A stretch of 53,902 bases of DNA, from positions 1 through 53,902 of the forward strand of contig NIVC01004234.1 of the NCBI GenBank assembly GCA_002269645.1, given 5' to 3'. Both the position numbers and the translations under genes were made by a program. Positions 1-21,770 of the stretch are shown here, piece after piece (positions within the stretch are counted from its first letter, which is position 1; each line of letters opens with the position of its first letter). The DNA comes from Macrostomum lignano (taxonomy: Eukaryota). The notes below the pieces were generated by a model that worked only from the letters and a program-made list of their open reading frames with translations, made no database searches and had not been told where the DNA came from.

Positions 1-2065
1 TTTTGAATGTGCGAAATCGCCGGTCGCAATTTAACACAGACTACTACTGCCAAAAGTGTTAGTAGGGTGAAGCGCATCTACTCAGAAAAAATATAAATAG
101 AATCTCAATTGAAACAATTCACTAATTTCTAATACTAGCATAATTATCTTTTATCAAAGGTGGTAGATGTGGCGGACAGTTGTTACATGAATATCACGGT
201 TTCGGTTCAATAAATTAATGCTACAACAAGTAGGGAGCGATAAATGGCATAATAAAATTAATTGTATTAACATTAATTTGGCATTTAAAGATTTGAAATT
301 TAATATAGGTGGAATATATAATCGTTGATCTATGCAGAATTTGTAGAAACTATAAAACCACTGCTGCTACATAGTAAAAATTGAAGCTTTGCCCTGAAAA
401 TTATTAAAAGAAAGTATAATACTACTGCCTCGAAAAGATGACACTGGCACGAAAATGTTGGAGTAAAGTGTGGGAAACTCAACACAGCTAGCAATTAAGG
501 ATAAGTTGAGTACAAGGAACTGATTATGTGCTGGTGAGAACTTTATATTAATTGTAAAAAACATGTTGACTAAGTAATTGTAGAGATAGACTTCATAATA
601 GCTACCAAAATACTAACATATAAGTAAGCCAATACTCAAAGCTGCAGACAAGCCATGGCTCTATGCAAAAATTTACATTTGTGACAAGCTGAAATGTCTT
701 ACTTTTGGCCTGCAATTTTAATAGTAGAGAAGAAGGGATGATAGAAAGATTGAATAAGCCAGCTCAATTGTAACTCAGTACAAAACTAATGTGTACTTGA
801 TTAGTTGGCTGATATTCGTCCATGTTAATAATTTGCAGTTGGTGCATTTCCACACAAATTAGAATAAAATGAAGGCTAAAATACAATGAATTCTTACAAT
901 AGAGCTGTCCAGTTTGATGGCATTTTAATGACTTTGCTCTTGTAGTTTATCTAATAGCATCAGACAATAGGGGAGTCAGACAGCCCTGAATTTTTGTTGA
1001 CAAAATATGAACCACACATAATATTTAAAGGGTATTTTAAAGCAGGAAAATTTTAACAATAATGTTCTATTATATTGTTACAAGCATACTAGCTATAGAT
1101 GCTTTATTAATATTATATATATAAGCATTCAAATTCATGTTTTAGTTCAGTGATATTAAATCTTAAATATATATTTTTATAAACAACAACAACTTTTCAG
1201 TTTTAACATTTATACACAAAGGCCATAAATAAAATTCACCACAACCGTAATAAAGTCAATGAATTATGGATATTATAAAAAATTCTACCATCTTATGTAC
1301 ATAGAACTATCTATCTTTTACTAATAATCAGTTCAGTGTCATGGAAGCAAGAATCAGACGAGGCATATATTTAATCCAAGTTTTAAAAATAGTTCTAGGT
1401 ATTCATTTTGAATAAAAAATTAAATTCAACGCAATTAGCAATTTTATATGTTAATTAAAAGGCCAACATGCCAGCTACAATTGACCCAACATTTTCTTAC
1501 AGTTAATAACAGGTAAAGAGGTAAACTTTAAATTCTACAGATACAATTACCGTTCCTTTGTAAATACCATCCTGCTTATTTATAATTCTTGGATTCATGG
1601 ATTGTTATCCTTTGTATAAAGTTCTCGTTCAGACCTGTATTCGACTATTTCTTCGATGTTTCTATGATACACGAAATTTCATAAATATTATGAATTGGAA
1701 AATAAAGCAGCTTAAATTCAGGCCAGAAACAAAATTTGAACCTAAAATACAATTAAAAACATAAAAATATAATAGAGAAAACAAAACTGCGTGTTAGCTA
1801 CTTTTGAACTGAACTATTTGTTTTAAAGTTGTTTTATCTTTTAATTTAGTAAAAACTTGTTGATAAGTTGCAATGGACACATTCGCCACATGTCGTTCCG
1901 CGTCCTACTCGTAATAGAAAGTATCCACTGCAATAAAAACTTTTTGCCCTTCTTCCTTTACTGGAAAGAGCATGCATAAAAAAATTGCATAATATAACTC
2001 ATGGCCATAGCATAAGCTTATCGAGGACCATTAGGCATTAAACAGAATTGCGTTACAAAAGTATC

Positions 2066-2139
2066 TGGCCGGGGAGGGGCTCGAACCCTCGACCTTCGCG
2101 TTATCAGCACGACGCTCTAACCAACTGAGCTACTCGGCC
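2066..2139 (-). tRNA. tRNA-Ile(GAT): tRNA-Ile, anticodon GAU
   Basis: Reverse complement folds as GGCCGAG TA GCTC AGTTGGTTA GAGC G TCGTG CT-GAT-AA CGCGA AGGTC GAGGG TTCGAGC CCCTC CCCGGCC A. D, anticodon and T stems pair, with one A6:C67 acceptor mismatch. A and B boxes are intact and a TTTT Pol III terminator lies about 6 nt downstream. Confidence 0.93.
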
Positions 2140-2736
2140 TTGCAAATGCCGACCTTTTTGTATCCGATATATACAATATACGATCATTTCAAATGATTTT
2201 AATAATTATTTTAGTTAGTTTGTCTGACAGGTCGAGCTGTCGAGCAGTTGTTAGTAGCTAGTTACAGCAAACAGCAGCTGAATTGCCTGAATCGACTGCT
2301 AGCGTTGCACCACCCTCAGCCTCAGGGAACGAGTGGCATTCTCTGAGCTGTGTAAACAAATAAAAATAAATGGTGGAAGTCTCGGCTCTGTACAAGCCAT
2401 AAACAGCCCTCCGCTTCTCGAATAAGCTGTTAGCTGCATACCTGGCCACTTTTGCAGAGTGTTCAAGCTAGTTCAGACTTTTTCAAACCTTTAAGGTTGT
2501 ATCTTGAATCCTTAAAGTGGCGCTCAACATGCCACCAGTGAGTGCCACGTCTAGCGGAATGGGCGCCCGCGCCTTCCCGCTGTGTCCCCTCCGGGACAGC
2601 CCTGCAGCTAAGTAAAGAGTGCCACGTCAACCTGCTGTTCGAGCCAGCTGTCAGCTTCCAAGCCAGCTTAAAGCAGGACGGTCTGGACCATTGCCTGAGA
2701 AAATACCGGCCTCTGGCAGTCTGGTAAGCTTGAAAG

Positions 2737-2918
2737 ACAACAACAACAACAAACAACAACAACAACAAACAAAAACAACAACAAAAACAAATAAAGACAA
2801 CAACAGCAACATCAACAGTACCAACAACAACAAAAACAACAAAAACGGCAGCAGTAAGCAATTAGCAACAAGAATAACAGCATCACAGCAACAACAACCA
2901 CACAACAAAAACAACAAG
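2737..2918. repeat. degenerate (AAC)n microsatellite
   Basis: Run of acaacaacaac variants. Confidence 0.85.
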
Positions 2919-2950
2919 ACAGAATTTTACTGGAGCGCCACTTCATTTGA

Positions 2951-3342
2951 GCACCAGAGGCGCCAGCACCAGAGGCGCCAGCACCAGAGGCGCCAGCACC
3001 AGAGGCGCCAGCACCAGAGGCGCCAGCACCAGAGGCGCCAGCACCAGAGGCGCCAGCACCAGAGGCGCCAGCACCAGAGGCGCCAGCACCAGAGGCGCCA
3101 GCACCAGAGGCGCCAGCACCAGAGGCGCCAGCACCAGAGGCGCCAGCACCAGAGGCGCCAGCACCAGAGGCGCCAGCACCAGAGGCGCCAGCACCAGAGG
3201 CGCCAGCACCAGAGGCGCCAGCACCAGAGGCGCCAGCACCAGAGGCGCCAGCACCAGAGGCGCCAGCACCAGAGGCGCCAGCACCAGAGGCGCCAGCACC
3301 AGAGGCGCCAGCACCAGAGGCGCCAGGACCAGAGGCGCCAGC
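2951..3342. repeat. 15-bp minisatellite GCACCAGAGGCGCCA, about 26 near-perfect copies
   Basis: Direct reading; it explains the HQRRQ/TRGAS/APLVL ORFs. Confidence 0.97.
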
Positions 3343-3971
3343 CGAGAGACTACTGCATGGAACTCCATGGGAATGAAAAGTTCGCATTCTTGAACATTGC
3401 CTATACCTGCAGTCTTACAAACAAACCTGTCACGGTCAAGGGGCCTGGAATTTCCACCTCCTCTGTAGTCATGCAGCCAGTCGTACTTTGGCTGAAAGTG
3501 ACAGCCTTTTTCAGCCACAGAGCTTCCGGCACAGTTATCTGCACAGTGCTTGACTGTGGTTGTCAATTCTATATGGCTGCAGTTGCTCCGATAAGATGGC
3601 AGCGAAAAAGATTAGTTATTCTGTTTAGAGAAGTCTCCCTCACTTCGGAGTTACCAAGGATGCTTGGAACTGACTTTTTTCTGGGTATGGAAGCTTTTTA
3701 CGTTGGAATATACCAATATTGATGGGCTGCAGAGGGCAGAAATGAGCTATAATGCCGAGGCGTGTTAGTTCGTTTCGGCCCGATGCGGCCCATCCATATT
3801 AGTGTTATAGTTAGCGGGCAAAAAACCGCGTTTCACGGCCCGCTGAGACTGTCTATGGCAAAATCAGAAGACAGCGGGGTCAAGGGCACAGTCACGAGTG
3901 CGGGAATGTATAATTCTTGAACGCTTACGAGTGCGTCAATGGCAAAAGCACGAGTGCGCGAAGTGCGCGAA

Positions 3972-4510
3972 ACGACTGCCACCCCTTTGCAGGCGATCTC
4001 TGCCTTGTCCTTGTCCTTTGGATGTTCACGTGCTTTGATCACAAGCCAATGGCACTGTTTCGACAGCCTAGCATATAGTCCACAATGCTGGGGCTGATCT
4101 TGCTCCTCTGCAGCAGTTGCAAATGCAGCTGGACCAAATTGATGCTTGTTGGACCAAATTGATGCTTGTTGGACCAAATTGATGCTTGTTGGACCAAATT
4201 GATGCTTGTTGGACCAAATTGATCCTTGTTGGACCAAATTGATGCTTGTTGGACCAAATTGATGCTTGTTGGACCAAATTGATGCTTGTTGGACCAAATT
4301 GATGCTTGTTGGACCAAATTGATGCTTGTTGGACCAAATTGATGCTTGTTGGACCAAATTGATGCTTGTTGGACCAAATTGATGCTTGTTGGACTAAATT
4401 AAATGCCGCTGTGCCAGCCTTGCTACCATAGACAAAAGCTCCATTGCATTGGCAAACGTATCTCGGATTAAATTCAATGCGCGTAAGCCCAAGAGGGCTG
4501 CAAAAAGCTA
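3972..4510 (-). mobile_element. truncated Tc1/IS630-like element copy (one TIR plus decayed transposase 5' fragment), same family as 44940-45686
   Basis: 4390-4510 matches the TIR at 45546-45686 (ggaccaaattaaatgccgctgtgccagccttgctaccatagacaaaagctccattgc...gggctgcaaaaagcta) and is followed by TA. 3972-4120 matches 45335-45530 (YARLSKQCHWLVIKA versus YARLLNECHWLVIEA). Confidence 0.75.
4131..4400. repeat. 20-bp minisatellite GGACCAAATTGATGCTTGTT, about 13.5 copies, inside the transposon TIR
   Basis: Direct reading; the same unit is present about 1.5 times at 45547-45576. Confidence 0.96.
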
Positions 4511-5130
4511 TACGAACTGACATACTTTCATAGCTCTGGTAATTTCTGCACTTTTCGATTAGCAAAGCTGTTCATCGTTTGGATATTAAAAACTCTCGGT
4601 GGTCTTCTCCATAATTCACAAAATTAATTTGAAGCAAAATAGAGCTGGGCACACTGTAGCCCATTGTTAATGCGAATACGCCCAGCCTTATAATATATCA
4701 ATAATTCAATCAGCACATCGCCGTGGAGGTGGCCCAATATTATAACTGTAAAAATCTGCTATGGATATAATAACTAATCGCTCTGAACCTGCCAATCTTA
4801 GTTCTGTCTGCCAGGCAGTAGTTAATTCAGTTCTGAAGTCTGAAGCTTTTAAATAGATTGCTAAAACTCTGTTCGCAGTCCTGGCTTCATCAGACAGTCT
4901 CACCCACAGAATATATTCTGTGGCCTCACCTGAACATTAATTATTCCTCTTCGATGGCATTATTCGAGCCAACTTGGACGGGATAAAAAACTCTGGCTTC
5001 AGCTTAAAAAGCTCGTGTGAAAGATCATTAGTATAGCATTGCTTTGATATTCGCCTGAGCGAAATATTTCTCACGGTAGTTGATCTTTGTTGAAGGTAAC
5101 TCATCTGCTACCCCAGCTTCCAGCTTTCAC

Positions 5131-6383
5131 CCAGTTGGTTCCACACTTACCCCAGTTGGTTCCACACTTACCCCAGTTGGTTCCACACTTACCCCAGTTG
5201 GTTCCACACTTACCCCAGTTGGTTCCACACTTACCCCAGTTGGTTCCACACTTACCCCAGTTGGTTCCACACTTACCCCAGTTGGTTCCACACTTACCCC
5301 AGTTGGTTCCACACTTACCCCAGTTAGTTCCACACTTACCCCAGTTGGTTCCACACTTACCCCAGTTGGTTCCACACTTACCCCAGTTAGTTCCACACTT
5401 ACCCCAGTTGGTTCTACACTTACCCCAGTTGGTTCCACACTTACCCCAGTTGGTTCTACACTTACCCGAGTTGGTTCCACACTTACCCCAGTTGGTTCCA
5501 CACTTACCCCAGTTGGTTCCACACTTACCCCAGTTGGTTCCACACTTACCCCAGTTGGTTCCACACTTACCCGAGTTGGTTCCACACTTACCCCAGTTGG
5601 TTCCACACTTACCCCAGTTGGTTCCACACTTACCCCAGTTAGTTCCACACTTACCCCAGTTGGTTCTACACTTACCCCAGTTGGTTCCACACTTACCCCA
5701 CTTGGTTCTACACTTACCCCAGTTGGTTCCACACTTACCCCAGTTGGTTCCACACTTACCCCAGTTGGTTCCACACTTACCCCAGTTGGTTCCACACTTA
5801 CCCCAGTTGGTTCCACACTTACCCCAGTTGGTTCTACACTTACCCCAGTTGGTTCCACACTTACCCCAGTTGGTTCCACACTTACCCCAGTTGGTTCCAC
5901 ACTTACCCCACTTGGTTCTACACTTACCCCAGTTGGTTCCACACTTACCCGAGTTGGTTCCACACTTACCCCAGTTAGTTCCACACTTACCCCAGTTGGT
6001 TCCACACTTACCCGAGTTGGTTCCACACTTACCCGAGTTGGTTCCACACTTACCCCAGTTGGTTCCACACTTACCCCAGTTGGTTTCACACTTACCCCAG
6101 TTGGTTCCACACTTACCCCAGTTGGTTCCACACTTACCCCAGTTGGTTTCACACTTACCCCAGTTAGTTCCACACTTACCCCAGTTGGTTCCACACTTAC
6201 CCCAGTTGGTTCCACACTTACCCCAGTTGGTTCTACACTTACCCCAGTTGGTTCCACACTTACCCCAGTTGGTTCCACACTTACCCTAGTTAGTTCCACA
6301 CTTACCCCAGTTAGTTCCACACTTACCCCAGTTGGTTCCACACTTCCCCCAGTTGGTTCCACACTTACCCCAGTTGGGTCCAC
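5131..6383. repeat. 21-bp minisatellite CCAGTTGGTTCCACACTTACC, about 59 copies
   Basis: Direct reading; source of the TLTPVGS/VPHLPQL ORFs. Confidence 0.97.
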
Positions 6384-7390
6384 CGCCCAGAGGAGTTAGC
6401 CAGTGCAGCCAGCTATGCATAATTAATGATGCAGCGCGAAGGAGTCGAATGTCGCCGTTACAGCTTGGCCCGACAAGTGAGGGCCAATTTGTCACAAAAT
6501 TACAATAAAACCGACGTGAATGTCGTAAAGCAGTGCTTTTTTCACCGCATCCGATGACGTGCGCAATAACCAGGCTCCCCGCTGCGCCTCGGGTTCATTA
6601 TACTGCTGCATGCGCGCGCCGATACACTTTCCCAAGTCTAGATAGCGGCCTTGCTTTCCCTGAATCATTTTCTCTCTTTCCATTTCTCGGCAATCTCCTC
6701 CCTCGCTATACTGCAGCTGCATTCCAGCCTGTGTGAAAGTTTTTCTTGTCCAAGCACCAGCTTACTAGTATAGCTTAGCAACAGATTCACCTTCGCACTC
6801 CGTGAAGGAAGTCAGTTGGCCTGCGAGGTGGGGGGGGGGCATTCAGTTTATTATCAGCATCAAGTCGGTGGGTCCAGCAGCCTTCCGTATCCCTCAGCAC
6901 TGATTGGTCCCAGCACTGAGAGAGGAGGGAGCGAAGAATAGAGACTTTTTCAAGACGAAAATAATTGCATCGCGTGGAGCCCATGCCTCCCATCCGGTAG
7001 CGCACTTCATTCTCGGGTGCTGACAACTGTGTTTGGGAGCATTCCGGAGGCAATAGAAGCTGTGTTATAATTTATCTCAATTGATATTTCTTCTAATCTC
7101 TCTATTGGCCAGTTACTATAATATTAGAGCAGCAGGTGCCTGCTATTCTCTGCATTTGACAGCTTTGCATTGTAAGTGCAAGTGGGTCGGTTGGATCCGT
7201 TTATGATTTATTACTGTTATTACTACAGCCGTTATTTATCTTGGGAATATTGGGAGCTATTTTCTAGGGAATTGTTTCTCGTGCAATTGTGCATCTACTT
7301 TATTATGAGTTAAAAGCGTACATTTTAAGGGGGCGCAAGTGTTTGTAAGGCGTTTGGTTTCTGAATTGCTGTTAGTAGTGACTACTAACA

Positions 7391-7970
7391 TCCTGACACT
7401 CCAGTATAGGGCTTCTGACAATCCAGTATAGAGCTCCTGACAATCCAGTATAGAGCTCCTGACACTCCAGTAAAGAGCTCGTGATACTCCAGTATCGAGC
7501 TCCTGACACTCCAGTATAGAGCTCCTGACAATCCAGTATAGAGCTCCTGACACTCCAGTAAAGAGCTCCTGACACTCCAGTATAGAGCTCCTGACACTCC
7601 AGTATAGAGCTCCTGACACTCCAGTATAGAGCTCCTGACACTCCAGTATAGAGCTCCTGACACTCCAGTATAGAGCTCCTGACACTCCAGTAAAGAGCTC
7701 CTGATACTCCAGTATCGAGCTCCTGACACTCCAGTATAGAGCTCCTGACAATCCAGTATAGAGCTCCTGACACTCCAGTAAAGAGCTCCTGACACTCCAG
7801 TATAGAGCTCCTGACACTCCAGTATAGAGCTCCTGACACTCCAGTATAGAGCTCCTGACACTCCAGTATAGAGCTCCTGACACTCCAGTATAGAGCTCCT
7901 GACACTCCAGTATAGAGCTCCTGACACTCCAGTATAGAGCTCCTGACACTCCAGTATAGAGCTCCTGACA
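7391..7970. repeat. 22-bp minisatellite GAGCTCCTGACACTCCAGTATA, about 26 copies
   Basis: Direct reading. Confidence 0.96.
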
Positions 7971-8561
7971 CCCCACGAAGGTTCCATCGCCAAGTGCAGT
8001 TGGTGCACTCCTTTCGCCCGTAGGAGTTGCGCAAACGGTGCGCGGTCCCCAGCGCAGGTACCAACGAGCGCAGCAGTAGCAGAATGTGTCGCCTGAATCC
8101 CCTCAGCATACAAAATCAGTGCAGCAAATGACAGGTTAAACGCCAAAGGCATGCTTCCATTCTAGCAACGGCATTTTCCATCTCGCGAACCGAGCAAAAT
8201 ATTTTTTGCCTTAGCTCGTTTGTCAATGTCATGGACTTAGCCAGTGTTTGCCCAATCGCCCAAGCTCCATCAAGAATGGATCAGCGACCTCCTGCGATCG
8301 CTGGGACGCGACGCCCAAAAAAAGTTGCGGAAGACAGAATTTAAAAGCAATTCATCCAGCAGCTTTTATCGATTACTTTTTTGAACGTCAAGTTGAAAAC
8401 GGATTAGCGAGTTTTAAGTTGAGAAATTTATTGATTGATCTCAAGGTCTCAATAAGAAACTCGAGCGTAAACAGTAAGATGGCCTGAACTTGTAGATAAA
8501 TGGAAGAGGACATCAGTGAGCCTGCTTCTGAGCACGGTAACATTGCATTAAGGGTAACATG

Positions 8562-10190
8562 CAATGACTCAAACTGTCTTGATCTAATGACTGAACTTAT
8601 GATGTAATGACTCAAACTGAACTTATGATGTAATGACTCAAACTGTCTATTGTGTAATGACTCAAACTGTCTATTGTGTAATGACTCAAACCGTCTATGT
8701 TGTAATGACTCAAACTGTATATGATCTAATGACTCAAACTGTCTATGGTGTACTGACTCAAACTGTATATTGTGTAATGACTCAAACCGTCTATGTTGTA
8801 ATGACTCAAACTGCATATGATCAAATGACTTAAACTGCTTATGGTATAATGACTCAAACTGTCTATGTTGTAATGACTCAAACTGTCTATGATCTAATGA
8901 CTCAAACTGTCTATGATCTAATGACTCAAATTGTCTATGATCTATGACTGAAATTATGATGTAATGAATCAAACTGTCTATGATCTATGACTGAAATTAT
9001 GATGTAATGAATCAAACTGTCTATGATCTATGACTGAAATTATGATGTAATGACTCAAACTGTCTATTGTGTAATGACTCAAACCGTCTATGTTGTAATG
9101 ACTCAAACTGTATATGATCTAATGACTCAAACTGTCTATGGTGTACTGACTCAAACTGTATATTGTGTAATGACTCAAACCGTCTATGTTGTAATGACTC
9201 AAACTGCATATGATCAAATGACTTAAACTGCTTATGGTATAATGACTCAAACTGTCTATGTTGTAATGACTCAAACTGTCTATGATCTAATGACTCAAAC
9301 TGTCTATGATCTAATGACTCAAATTGTCTATGATCTATGACTGAAATTATGATGTAATGAATCAAACTGTCTATGATCTATGACTGAAATTATGATGTAA
9401 TGACTCAAACTGTCTATTGTGTAATGACTCAAACCGTCTATGTTGTAATGACTCAAACTGTATATGATCTAATGACTCAAACTGTCTATGGTGTACTGAC
9501 TCAAACTGTATATTGTGTAATGACTCAAACCGTCTATGTTGTAATGACTCAAACTGCATATGATCAAATGACTTAAACTGCTTATGGTATAATGACTCAA
9601 ACTGTCTATGTTGTAATGACTCAAACTGCATATGATCAAATGACTTAAACTGCTTATGGTATAATGACTCAAACCGTCTATGTTGTAATGACTCAAACTG
9701 CATATGATCAAATGACTTAAACTGCTTATGGTATAATGACTCAAACTGTCTATGTTGTAATGACTCAAACTGTCTATGATCTAATGACTCAAACTGTCTA
9801 TGATCTAATGACTCAAATTGTCTATGATCTATGACTGAAATTATGATGTAATGAATCAAACTGTCTATGATCTATGACTGAAATTATGATGTAATGACTC
9901 AAACTGTCTATTGTGTAATGACTCAAACCGCCTATGTTGTGATGAATCAAACTTTCTATTATGTCATCATTCAAAATGTCTAGGATATATTACTCAAATT
10001 GTCTATGTTGTAATGACTCGAAATGTCTATGGTGTAATGGCTCAAAATTTCTATGGTGTAATGACTCAAAATGTCTATTATGTATTGACTTTAACTGTCA
10101 ATATTGCAATGACTTGAACTTTCTATGATCTATGACTCAAACTTTCTATGATGCAATGATTCAAAATGCCTATGATGTAATGAGTCAAAC
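8562..10190. repeat. about 24-bp minisatellite ATGACTCAAACTGTCTATGTTGTA with higher-order blocks
   Basis: Direct reading. Variant series recur at about 8660, 9052 and 9403, and the array decays toward 10190. Confidence 0.95.
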
Positions 10191-10379
10191 CATCAAACGT
10201 GCCGATGCATACCACGCGCATATCGATAGAATGTGTAATAAAACATTTATTTCGAACCACAGCAGTTTTGTTTACAAGAAACCTGCGCAGCTTATAATAC
10301 TGGCCGCAGTCAAAACAGCCTACTTCAAGTAGGTGACAGACAATCGTTTTCCATCGCAGACGCCGCGGCGCCAGCCGAC

Positions 10380-19759
<9,380 letters not shown>

Positions 19760-20496
19760 AAGTTTCCACCTTTCTTTGCCTCCCCAGTCTCTACTGTCAT
19801 CGATATAGCCATATAGTGCTTGTGAAACACTCGCTAATTGCATAGGTTTCTCTCATTTGTACTCTCTACTAGCTTAAAATATTTTTTTGCCGTTCACTGT
19901 TTTACTTACCAATGAAAGAGCGCCACGTCATCCAATCGCGGGGACACCCACCCCAACTCCACTATTTTCAGTTCCCTTACCCTTATTGACTGGCCTCAGC
20001 CAATCAGAGTCCAGACAGTGTCCCAAGTATTGCCGAAGTCGTTTCAAAGCAACCAGAATCACATTATTGTTCTCGGATATTTTTAAGCTTTACTGCCTGC
20101 TTGCCAGCGACGTATTATGCATGCTCACTCGATCCTGACCTCGCACTCCCTAGCTGAGTAAGTACCTTACCTCGGCTGCATTCTTAATCAGTGGTGAAGC
20201 TATTACTGAGGGAACGAGCTCTTGGCTCGATTGCCTCTGGAAATGTTGTGGGAAAATTGACAGTGTTTAAAAAATGTTTAAATTCTTGAAAATAAACTTT
20301 TTCGCTTCTTAACTTCGTTGATTATCATTAGTTCAGACGGTTAAAAAAATTGCTTTTTGTCTACCTATCTAACATAGCACACCTAGCACTGCTCGTCAAA
20401 GTTCAGAGTTCACAGTACTCCCAGAGCAAGACAGCGGGTTCATCAGGTGACCGCATCGCTAATAACGCAGGGATCTCACGGAGGAGCTCACGGAGC

Positions 20497-21369
20497 TCAC
20501 GGAGATCCCTGCAAATTTTCCAGAGATAACTTGTCCCAGTCGGGCCAGAAGCGCTCCTTCATGCGGTCCACGTACTCGCACAGGTTGGGGGTGCTCTCCC
20601 GCATGAACTTCTTGTGCGGATAATTGATGGGGATGTAGAGAATCTGGGCCAGGTGGCCGAACGCGTAGCAATCAGCCGTTGTGGGCTCGTCTCCGAACAG
20701 GAACTGCTTGTTGCCGAGGGCTCTCGACAGGGCCATGATGTCCTGGAAGCCCATGTCGTACATCTCGGCCACCGAGTTGCGCCCGATGCCGTGGTAGAAC
20801 ACCTTCTTTCCGTAGCCCCTTGGGAAAGTGAAATACAGAAACTGGCGCAGCAGGTAGCCGCAGAACTCCCAGGTGTTGATGAAGTTGACCACGTCCTCAA
20901 CGTAGCGGTAATAGAAGTAGGAATAGACCGTCTGATTCTCGAGCATCATCTCCAGACCTCTGGCCAGGCCTTCCTGCTCATCCGTGAGGTTATCCTTCAC
21001 GCCAAAGTGCTCAGTGAGCTTGGCGATGATGAGATTGGACTCGTTGTACTCCTGACCGTTGAGCTCCACGAACGGGATTTGGCCTTTCTGGCTCCACACC
21101 ATTATCTTGCGCGTCACCGTGTGCGGGATCTTGTGCAGCCGGAGCCACGTCTCCAGTTTGAGGCCGAACGGGGACACGCTGACGATTGTGCGACAGCTGG
21201 GAAAGTTGAACATGTACACCTTGTCCTTCTCATAGTTGGCCACCCGAGGACCCGTCCGCCTGCGGCGAACAACTCGAGCAGTGGCCCAGAGACAGACGGC
21301 GACAGCGCCAGAGGCCACAAAGGTGACGGTCTTCGGGCTCTTCGCCCACCAGTTGAGCAGCGAATCCAT
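20497..21369 (-). CDS. fax: failed-axon-connections (FAXC)/metaxin-like GST-fold protein, intronless, 290 aa
   Basis: N-terminal hydrophobic anchor, then VSPFGLKLETWLRLHKIP...SQKGQIPFVELNGQEYNESNLII, and C-domain LSRALGNKQFLFGDEPTTADCYAFGHLAQIL...PNLCEYVDRMKERFWPDW. ATG at 21369; the track's 21426 start is a TTG. Confidence 0.88.
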   Translation of the reverse strand: MDSLLNWWAKSPKTVTFVASGAVAVCLWATARVVRRRRTGPRVANYEKDKVYMFNFPSCRTIVSVSPFGLKLETWLRLHKIPHTVTRKIMVWSQKGQIPFVELNGQEYNESNLIIAKLTEHFGVKDNLTDEQEGLARGLEMMLENQTVYSYFYYRYVEDVVNFINTWEFCGYLLRQFLYFTFPRGYGKKVFYHGIGRNSVAEMYDMGFQDIMALSRALGNKQFLFGDEPTTADCYAFGHLAQILYIPINYPHKKFMRESTPNLCEYVDRMKERFWPDWDKLSLENLQGSP

Positions 21370-21770
21370 GCTTAAACGGCCTGCTATGCCAGCAGAGTTT
21401 CTGAGAACGAACGGGGCTTCTTTCAAAAGTAGTTTTTAACTGCTTGGCTTCACAGGTGATTCTGCCACAATTTAAAGGCCGAGAGACCCCACATAAAAAG
21501 TCTGAGTTCGCCTTCAAACCACCGATTCTTATCTAATCAATTGAGCTTTTCTGAGCTCGCAGATTTTGGGCAGCGAGCCGAACAGAAAGCGATAGCATGA
21601 ACCCCCTGGTATCCAAGGCAGAAGTTGTGCATACTTAGCTTATAAACTTTTACTTTTATTTCTGCGCAATGAAAACGGCAAAAGAATTCGATCTCTGATC
21701 TTTGCACTTCGATCAGACAAATCGGACGTCTAATCAAATTCAGCATCAATGTCCAGCTGATATTCAGTCA

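Noticed and set aside
1-2060. AT-rich leader region and the 65-aa ORF at 367-564
   Set aside because: Low-complexity AT-rich sequence with no motif or convincing exon structure.
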